A program made the translations under genes and the position numbers. The notes below the pieces were generated by a model. It was given only the letters and a program-made list of their open reading frames with translations. It did not search any database and was not told where the DNA came from. A stretch of 64,000 nucleotides of DNA from a bacterium (GTDB lineage Bacteria > Patescibacteriota > Patescibacteriia > Patescibacteriales > UBA12075): the NCBI GenBank assembly GCA_043820875.1, contig JBDRDI010000021.1:91-64090 (forward strand), read 5' to 3'. Positions 57,133 through 64,000 of this stretch are shown in pieces (within the stretch, counting starts at the first letter, position 1; each line of letters begins with the position of its first letter).

Positions 57133-59946
57133 TTATTTCCAGCAGCACTTCTTATACTTCTTCCCGCTCCCGCATGGACAAGGATCGTTACGGCCGATTT
57201 TGTTTCCACTTTCGTCTTTTAATTTTTCTTTGCTTATCATGTCCACAGTTCCGTTTCCGTTTTTTCCCCCTGTCTTGTATCCGGAAAAAGAAGAAGTGTT
57301 TTTTCCGGCAGTTTTGAGCGGAGCGCTGAATTCTTTGGCGCGATCCGCAAGGCTCGGTTCGGAAAAACCTTTTTCTGCATGGTCGTCCATCATGCCGACT
57401 TTATATATACTATAAACAATTTTCTTTTGAATCAAGCTATTCAGTTCACCATACAATCGGTATCCTTCCCTTTTATATTCCACCAGAGGGTCGCGCTGGC
57501 CGTAGCCTCGCAGGCCAATACCCTGTCGCAAGCTAGCCATCGCTTCCAAGTGCTCAATCCATAAATTATCAATAGAGCGGATCAAAACAGCTTTCTCAAC
57601 TTCATGCCAAGGAACACCTGCTTGCTTGGCGCTTATTTTTATTTTTTCATAAATTTCTTTTGCCAATCCTTCCAGATGCTCAATGATTTTCGTCCGCGCT
57701 GCGGCTTTGTCCAATTTATGAGTTTCGTTTTTGGCAAACTCGCTCAAGTCGCTTTTCAATTTCTTCTCCACCGGAAAGATCGTTGAAACCACTTCGTAAA
57801 TTTCTTCCAAATTCCAATCTTTCATGTAATCGGAAGCCGTATGAAAGCAAACCACTTGCTCAATTTCCTGTCGCACTTTTTCAAAAATAATTTCCGAGAG
57901 TTTTTGTTTATCCGGCGCTTTTTCCGCGATCTCCAATATATCTCTTCTTTGTTTATAAATTGCTTCGCGATGCTTGTTAATCACGTCATCATATTCCACT
58001 AAATGTTTTCTAATATCAAAATTATTTCCTTCAACTTTGGTCTGGGCGGATTCAATTGATTTGGAAATCATTTTATTTTCAATCGGCATATCTTCCGGAA
58101 CTTTCAAGCTGGACATGATTGACTTCATTCTGTCGCCACCAAAGACGCGCATTAAATCGTCTTCCATGGAAATATAAAATTGTGAAGAACCAGGGTCGCC
58201 TTGCCTTCCGGCGCGTCCGCGTAATTGGTTGTCAATGCGTCGCGCTTCGTGCCGTTCTGTACCAACCACATGCAAACCACCTGCGGCTAAAACTTTTTCC
58301 CTGCTTCTTTTCCAGTCAGCATGCTCTTCACTTTCTTCACCATTTTCCGATTCACTTGAAAAGTCGGGTTCTGTTCCTCCAAGCATAATATCCACACCCC
58401 TACCAGCCATATTGGTTGCGATAGTAATTGCTCCAAGCTTGCCGGCATCCGCGATGATTTTTGCTTCTTTCTCGTGGTTCTTTGCGTTCAAAAGTTGAGA
58501 CTTTAATCCTTCACGCTCCATAATTCCAACCAGCAATTCGTTTTTTTCTATGGAAATTGTGCCAATTAAAATCGGTTGTCCATTCTCATGTCTTTTTTTC
58601 ACGTCCGCAATAACAGCCTTGTATTTTCCTTCCTCTGAAGCGTAAATCAAATCATTCATGTTTTTTCTGACCATTGGTCGATGAGTGGGTATGGTCATGG
58701 TTTCCAAGCTATAAATTTTGGCAAACTCTTCGGCTTCTGTCACGGCCGTACCGGTCATACCGGAAAGTTTTTTATACATTCTAAAATAATTTTGAAAAGT
58801 AATAGTCGCGAGAGTTTCAGATTCCCTCTGAATTTTTACACCCTCCTTCGCTTCAATGGCCTGATGCAAGCCATCGCCATAGCGTCGTCCATGCATCAAA
58901 CGCCCTGTAAATTCATCAACAATAATCACTTCGCCTTCCTGCACAATATAATCCCGATCCAGTTTGAACAAAGCATGCGCTTTCAAGGCTTGCTCAATAT
59001 GGTGCACTTCTCTAATACCTCCGCTGGTATAAATATTTTCCACGCCTAAAGCTTTTTCCATTTTTGATACTCCTGACTCGGATAAAGTGGCAGCTTTCAT
59101 TTTTTCATCAACATTATAATCCACGTTTTCTTCCAACCGACTAACAAGTTCCGCGAATTTATAATATTTATCCGTGGACTCTTCAGCCGGCGCGGAAATA
59201 ATCAACGGGGTACGCGCTTCGTCAATCAAAATTGAGTCAACTTCATCCACAATCGCGTAATAAAGTTCTCTTTGCGACATACGCTCCAAATTCGGCACCA
59301 TATTATCGCGCAAATAATCAAATCCAAACTCATTATTTGTGCCATATAAAATATCGCATTCATAAGCTTCCCGGCGACTGATTTTTTTGAAACGTTGCAG
59401 GCGTTGGTCGTATTGCGAATCATCCGAATATTCCGGATCATAAATATACGCGGCGTCATGCACAATAACGCCGGTGGAAAGCCCTAAAAAATGATAGACC
59501 GGTGCCATCCAGCCCGCGCCGACGCGCGACAAATAATCATTAACGGTTACAAGGTGAACACTACGTCCGGCCAATGCGTTCAAATAAAGAGGCAGGGTGG
59601 CAACCAAAGTTTTTCCTTCTCCGGTTTTCATTTCAGCGATTTGTCCGCGATGCAGAACAATTCCGCCGATAAGTTGAACATCAAAATGCCGTTGGCCAAT
59701 GACGCGCCAAGCCGCTTCGCGAACGGCCGCAAAAGCTTCCGGCAATATTTCATCTGTTTTTTTATTTAACTCTTCCTGCACTTTATCTTTCAATAAATCT
59801 TGAAACCGAGCCGTTATTTTTTTAAATTCTTTATCATCTATTTTCTTGAATTTCGGCTCTATTTCATTGATTTTATTTATAATCGGCCTAATTTGCTTTA
59901 ATACTTTTTCGTTTGGATCTCCCAATATTTTAGTTAATAAACTCAT
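57133..59946 (-). CDS. secA: Protein translocase ATPase SecA
   Basis: MKTGEGKT, DEVDSILIDEARTPLIIS, C-terminal SEC-C GRNDPCPCGSGKKYKKC. Confidence 0.99.
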   Translation of the reverse strand: MSLLTKILGDPNEKVLKQIRPIINKINEIEPKFKKIDDKEFKKITARFQDLLKDKVQEELNKKTDEILPEAFAAVREAAWRVIGQRHFDVQLIGGIVLHRGQIAEMKTGEGKTLVATLPLYLNALAGRSVHLVTVNDYLSRVGAGWMAPVYHFLGLSTGVIVHDAAYIYDPEYSDDSQYDQRLQRFKKISRREAYECDILYGTNNEFGFDYLRDNMVPNLERMSQRELYYAIVDEVDSILIDEARTPLIISAPAEESTDKYYKFAELVSRLEENVDYNVDEKMKAATLSESGVSKMEKALGVENIYTSGGIREVHHIEQALKAHALFKLDRDYIVQEGEVIIVDEFTGRLMHGRRYGDGLHQAIEAKEGVKIQRESETLATITFQNYFRMYKKLSGMTGTAVTEAEEFAKIYSLETMTIPTHRPMVRKNMNDLIYASEEGKYKAVIADVKKRHENGQPILIGTISIEKNELLVGIMEREGLKSQLLNAKNHEKEAKIIADAGKLGAITIATNMAGRGVDIMLGGTEPDFSSESENGEESEEHADWKRSREKVLAAGGLHVVGTERHEARRIDNQLRGRAGRQGDPGSSQFYISMEDDLMRVFGGDRMKSIMSSLKVPEDMPIENKMISKSIESAQTKVEGNNFDIRKHLVEYDDVINKHREAIYKQRRDILEIAEKAPDKQKLSEIIFEKVRQEIEQVVCFHTASDYMKDWNLEEIYEVVSTIFPVEKKLKSDLSEFAKNETHKLDKAAARTKIIEHLEGLAKEIYEKIKISAKQAGVPWHEVEKAVLIRSIDNLWIEHLEAMASLRQGIGLRGYGQRDPLVEYKREGYRLYGELNSLIQKKIVYSIYKVGMMDDHAEKGFSEPSLADRAKEFSAPLKTAGKNTSSFSGYKTGGKNGNGTVDMISKEKLKDESGNKIGRNDPCPCGSGKKYKKCCWK

Positions 59947-60046
59947 AAACAAAAATAGCAGTATTTTTCAGTACCACTTAATTAATAAATAACATATTTA
60001 TTATAATTTTTATTCACAAAAAAATCAAGTTTAAATTTTTTTGCGC

Positions 60047-60084
60047 AAAAAAAAGAGGGGTTCGTTTGTGAGACGATCCCCCTC
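60047..60084 (-). terminator. Intrinsic terminator
   Basis: Minus strand gaggggatcgt...acgaacccctc followed by a T-run. Confidence 0.7.
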
Positions 60085-60212
60085 AATTAGAATGTGCAGT
60101 TAATGCCAGCTCATAGGCCCTTTATTACTTTTTGTTTCTGGTTATGGGACGCTTGTCCCTGCCTGTGAATTGCTTTAGACTACAACTGTTTCTTTTTCTT
60201 TTTTTCCTTTTT

Positions 60213-61013
60213 CTATTTGCGGTTCTGACGAGGCTTCCCTTTGGCGTCATCGTCCTTCTTCTCAACGACCACGGTGGCGAGAGGCGTGCGAAAATCCTTC
60301 GCTACCTTCTTGTTGCGGGCGAGAAGGAGAAGCTTTGCCTCGGCATCCTCATTTCGTCTCGCTTCTTCCTCGGCCGCTTTTTCCTCACTTACCTGCCTGA
60401 ACGCCTTATAAGCAGCGTTCAAAACGATGCCGGCGGGGATATTCATTTCCCCGATAGGGATGAGACTTCTCTCATCCAGCTTTCTGTACGCGGAAACATC
60501 CACACGGCCTTTCCTTGCCTTTTTGAGAAAGTATTCGTAAGCGTAGGTACGCGCCCGCTTTTCCATTCTCTGGACTTCCTCGTCTAACTCATTCTGGACC
60601 ACCCATTCCACTCCTCGGTCGCGACCGATGATGCGGTAGCCGCGATCCTGCTTCTCGTAGCCAGCGAACACCACGCCGACGATCTCGGAAAAGTTCTGTC
60701 CCGCGAATTCGTCCGAACGAACGAACCCACAGATGATTTTCCTGATCTCCTGAGCGTCTTCGGGCAGGAGGTAGCGCGAGATTGCGGACTGCTCTTTCCG
60801 AGAAAGCTCGTGGAAGCACTTGGAACAAAGATGCTTCTTCTCTTCACACCCGCAGGCGACGCAGCACTTCAGCTCTCCTCCGCGCTCCTTCCGAAGCATG
60901 ATGTCGCGAAGGTAACCCTCAACGACGTCCTTACGGAAGCTATCGTGCTTCTTCTCGGTCGGCGGCTCGGTCTTGGTTTCGATTTGCAAAGCAGCGTTAC
61001 TATTTGTAGTCAT
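60213..61013 (-). CDS. Hypothetical protein with Zn-ribbon-like motif, GC-rich relative to flanks
   Basis: CVACGC...HLCSKC; charged C-terminus; SD-like AAGGTAGG. Confidence 0.7.
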   Translation of the reverse strand: MTTNSNAALQIETKTEPPTEKKHDSFRKDVVEGYLRDIMLRKERGGELKCCVACGCEEKKHLCSKCFHELSRKEQSAISRYLLPEDAQEIRKIICGFVRSDEFAGQNFSEIVGVVFAGYEKQDRGYRIIGRDRGVEWVVQNELDEEVQRMEKRARTYAYEYFLKKARKGRVDVSAYRKLDERSLIPIGEMNIPAGIVLNAAYKAFRQVSEEKAAEEEARRNEDAEAKLLLLARNKKVAKDFRTPLATVVVEKKDDDAKGKPRQNRK

Positions 61014-61439
61014 CTCTACCTACCTTCTTTCTTCTAACAATTTTTTTGAAAACATTAAACTACTTGTCAAGGTACTACCTAAAAAACCCTCCGATACCAT
61101 TATCAGAGAGAATAATGAAGAGAAAATCACGGGCAGTGATCGAGTGTTGTTTAAAATTTTATTATAGACCCATCAAGCGGCCCGCTTTTTTAACTCTAAT
61201 TTATCTCGCTTATTGCAGATCACTCCGCATTAACAAAGAAAAAATTAGCCTCCTCTCCATTATTCTTTCCAATAATTTTTAAAAAACAAATTCAATATAT
61301 CAATATAGCATATTTTTAATTTTCTGTCAAGAGTACTTTCTTTTAATTATACTTTTTGTTTAATATCAGGGAAAATAAAATAATAAAAAATCACCTCTTT
61401 TTCAAGAGATGATTTCATATTTTCTTATTATTCCGATTA

Positions 61440-61763
61440 TTACGCTCTTCTTTTCATGTCTATTTTCTTTTCTTTATACCTCACGATAGAGCGCGCCAAG
61501 TGATCTTTTACTTTATCAATTGCTTTATACAACTCTTTTTCTGTTTTTTCCACACGTAATAACTTGCCAGCAAGTTGTAAATTGACTTCGGCGCGAAAAA
61601 TCTCACCTTTATTGTGACGCGCTGTCGTCATTCCCACTTCCACGTCGCACCCCAACGGATCAATGCTTCCTAAAAATTTATCCAACATATCCATCTTTAT
61701 TTGAACATAATCTCGAATACTATCTGTCAATTCAATTTGTGTCGCTTTAATATTTATTTGCAT
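61440..61763 (-). CDS. hpf: Ribosome hibernation factor (HPF/RaiA)
   Basis: IELTDSIRDYV..K, ELYKAID....L. Confidence 0.9.
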   Translation of the reverse strand: MQINIKATQIELTDSIRDYVQIKMDMLDKFLGSIDPLGCDVEVGMTTARHNKGEIFRAEVNLQLAGKLLRVEKTEKELYKAIDKVKDHLARSIVRYKEKKIDMKRRA

Positions 61764-61783
61764 ATTGTTTATATTATCAATAA

Positions 61784-62944
61784 TTAAAATATTTTACTCC
61801 AAATAATTTTCAGTACTCCGGCGTGCCGTGCGATGTCATTATAGGTCACGGCAACGACGAAAACCATGAGTAATGCAAATCCGATATAATGGATTGTCCC
61901 TTCCAGCTCGCGCTTCACCGGACGGCCTTTTATTTTTTCAATGATTAAAAATAAAATTCTACCGCCGTCCAATGCCGGGAATGGCAAGCCGTTCAAGATG
62001 GCCAAATTAATGGAAAGAATCGCGGTGAAATTTAATAAATAGGCAAAACCCATTTGAGCGGCTTGTGCGGTCACTTCCGCAATTCTGACCGGCCCGCCGA
62101 TACTGTCTCCAAGACCCTGACCGACAAACAATCCCTTAATCAATCCACAAAATGCCATAAATATCGCCACTGTAAGAAAACAAGTGATTTTTATTCCATT
62201 CCAAATCGCCAAATGAATAGGATATCTTACTGTTCCTATTTCCGCGATGGCAATTCCTACTCCGCCCATACCTGTGTCTTTAATAATTTCCGGCTTAATT
62301 TTTTTTTCAATTTTCTCTCTACCTCTTTTAATAATATAAGTAAGGTCATCACCTACGCGCTTGTTGGTATATTCCATTAAGGAAGAGGCAAAATTTATTT
62401 TCACGCCGTCAACGCTTAAAATAATATCTCCGGTTTTAAGTCCGGCTGACTTGGCCGGAGAATCCGGTAAAACTTCCAAAACTTGAACTTGATGATTTTT
62501 GATAATCGCGCCATTGATTCCATCTTCGGGAAGCTGTTGAGGTAGACCAACCATAAATCCAAAAGAAAAAATAACCATGGCCAAAACAATATTCATTGTT
62601 ACCCCGGCCAAAAGTATCGCCGCTCTTTGCCAGATTGGCTTATTTCCAAAGTGGTTAGAGTTTTCTCCAGGTTCTTCATCTTCACCCAAATCAACAAATC
62701 CGCCCAATGGAATCCAATTTATTGAATAGATGGTATCAACAGCATCGGTAACTTCACGACTGCCGTGGGAAATTTTCCATTTCCCGTCCGCTGTTTTATA
62801 AATTCCAAGAGCACGCGGTTTGAATCCGAATCCAAACTCTCGTGGCCGCAATCCATAACGCCGAGCAACCCAAAAATGCCCAAGCTCATGAACAAGAACT
62901 AATACTGACAAAACTATAATAAATGTAATAACAGTAATAAACAT
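61784..62944 (-). CDS. rseP: RIP metalloprotease RseP
   Basis: HELGH, PLGGFV, PDZ domain, N.LPFPALDGG. Confidence 0.95.
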   Translation of the reverse strand: MFITVITFIIVLSVLVLVHELGHFWVARRYGLRPREFGFGFKPRALGIYKTADGKWKISHGSREVTDAVDTIYSINWIPLGGFVDLGEDEEPGENSNHFGNKPIWQRAAILLAGVTMNIVLAMVIFSFGFMVGLPQQLPEDGINGAIIKNHQVQVLEVLPDSPAKSAGLKTGDIILSVDGVKINFASSLMEYTNKRVGDDLTYIIKRGREKIEKKIKPEIIKDTGMGGVGIAIAEIGTVRYPIHLAIWNGIKITCFLTVAIFMAFCGLIKGLFVGQGLGDSIGGPVRIAEVTAQAAQMGFAYLLNFTAILSINLAILNGLPFPALDGGRILFLIIEKIKGRPVKRELEGTIHYIGFALLMVFVVAVTYNDIARHAGVLKIIWSKIF

Positions 62945-62971
62945 AAAAATTATTATAATCTAAAAACCGAC

Positions 62972-63006
62972 GACTGATGACTTTAGACTTTCGACTATTG
63001 TGACTA
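62972..63006. repeat. Degenerate heptamer tandem repeat (gacttta-like)
   Basis: gactgat gacttta gactttc gactatt. Confidence 0.6.
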
Positions 63007-63558
63007 TATCGTCATAATATCTTCTTCTTTTTTATCTCTAATTTCTTTCAAATTTTCGTTTTGCTTTTGAGTCTCTTCATCAAGCTCTTTAAGAAATCTA
63101 AATTTGTCGTCTTCATTAACCTCTTTTTCTTCTTTTGCTTTCTCAATACTTTGCTTAATTTCATCTCTTATTTTTCTGATTGAAACGCGTGCGTCTTCTG
63201 TTTTTTCATTTATTTTTTTTACCAACTCTTTTCTGTTTTCCTCTGTCATGCGCGGTACAGTAATCCTAATTTTATCACCCTCATTAACAACTCCCACTCC
63301 CAAATTCGCCTCCACAATTGCCTTTTCCACGTCTTTCATTACATTTTTGTCCCAAGGAGATACAACAAGACTCTGGCCGTCAGGCACGTTGATACTGGCC
63401 AAGCTGTTCATCGGCGTTCGCACTCCGTAAGAATCAACCATTACGCCGTCCAAGATCATGGGGTTGGCGCGTCCAGTTCTGATATTTAAAATTTCTTTCT
63501 TAAAAAATTCAATCACCTTCTCAAACTCACCTTGTTTTGATTTTATATACTGATTCAT
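63004..63558 (-). CDS. frr: Ribosome recycling factor
   Basis: IRTGRANP, PWDK, TEENRKELVK, RVSIRKIR. Confidence 0.97.
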   Translation of the reverse strand: MNQYIKSKQGEFEKVIEFFKKEILNIRTGRANPMILDGVMVDSYGVRTPMNSLASINVPDGQSLVVSPWDKNVMKDVEKAIVEANLGVGVVNEGDKIRITVPRMTEENRKELVKKINEKTEDARVSIRKIRDEIKQSIEKAKEEKEVNEDDKFRFLKELDEETQKQNENLKEIRDKKEEDIMTI

Positions 63559-63589
63559 AAATTTAAATATATATTATTAGATAACTAGA

Positions 63590-63622
63590 GACTTTAGACT
63601 TTATACTTTCGACTTTAGACTA
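63590..63622. repeat. Degenerate heptamer tandem repeat (gacttta-like)
   Basis: gacttta gacttta tactttc gacttta gacta. Confidence 0.65.
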
Positions 63623-64000
63623 TTTTGTTATTTGTCTTGGCGCTAAGTATATCACATTAGGATTTATCGGGTCAACCAAAAGCTTCCAACCAGCTCTGGT
63701 TGTCGGCAATTTTGATGTGGACCAACTTTTTCCACCGTCAAACGATTTATAAAAAACAGTATTGGTCACATAATAAATTTCTTGACTATTTTTCGGATTA
63801 ATCGCCAGCGCGTTAATCATAGCCTGCGCTTCAGGCAAAAGTATTTCAATTTTTTCCCAAGTCTCTCCGTTGTTTCCCGTTTTTAATATTCCTTGATAAG
63901 TGGCTGCAAACATGACGCCTGTTTTTTCTTTATCAATAATCAAATTTTTAATATCATATCCGAGTTTATTTTCATCAATGGCATTTCTCAACCCAACAAA
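63620..64000 (-). CDS. BNR/Asp-box beta-propeller protein (C-terminal part; starts beyond the window)
   Basis: KTGNNGETW and KSFDGGKSW Asp-boxes; INPKN, VDPINPN. Confidence 0.75.
   Translation of the reverse strand, partial: FVGLRNAIDENKLGYDIKNLIIDKEKTGVMFAATYQGILKTGNNGETWEKIEILLPEAQAMINALAINPKNSQEIYYVTNTVFYKSFDGGKSWSTSKLPTTRAGWKLLVDPINPNVIYLAPRQITK

Overview
AT-rich bacterial chromosome segment with almost all genes on the minus strand. Gene content and compact organisation suggest a Patescibacteria/CPR (Parcubacteria-like) genome; this is inference. The housekeeping backbone comprises rplJL, acs, mltG, uppP, gpmI x2-eno-pgk, murJ, a Gld-like ABC transporter, the hrcA-grpE-hsp20-dnaK-dnaJ operon with a CIRCE element, mreBCD-mrdA, proS, secDF, secA, hpf, rseP and frr. 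Two accessory systems stand out. (1) A complete diversity-generating retroelement at 15.9-18.5 kb (RT, Avd, 127-bp TR/VR pair with 21 of 22 mismatches at TR adenines, and a 3' hairpin). RT and avd lie on opposite strands, overlap at their 5' ends and share one C10/G10 tract. Both are out of frame as sequenced, and both are restored by the same +1 (or -2) slip: a candidate phase-variation switch for hypermutation, unless it is a homopolymer assembly error. (2) A 2.7-kb cassette flanked by a duplication of the mrdA 3' end, encoding an RRE(PqqD)-radical SAM-SPASM enzyme, an unannotated 39-aa precursor-like peptide with a YxxP leader motif, and a transglutaminase-like protein: a candidate new RiPP system. 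Also noted: two DGR-target-like ORFs that do not match this TR, a recurring boxA-like leader motif, two 70-bp palindromes, a four-way-junction element, and SecD with inserted parvulin domains. All calls are by eye; no searches were run.
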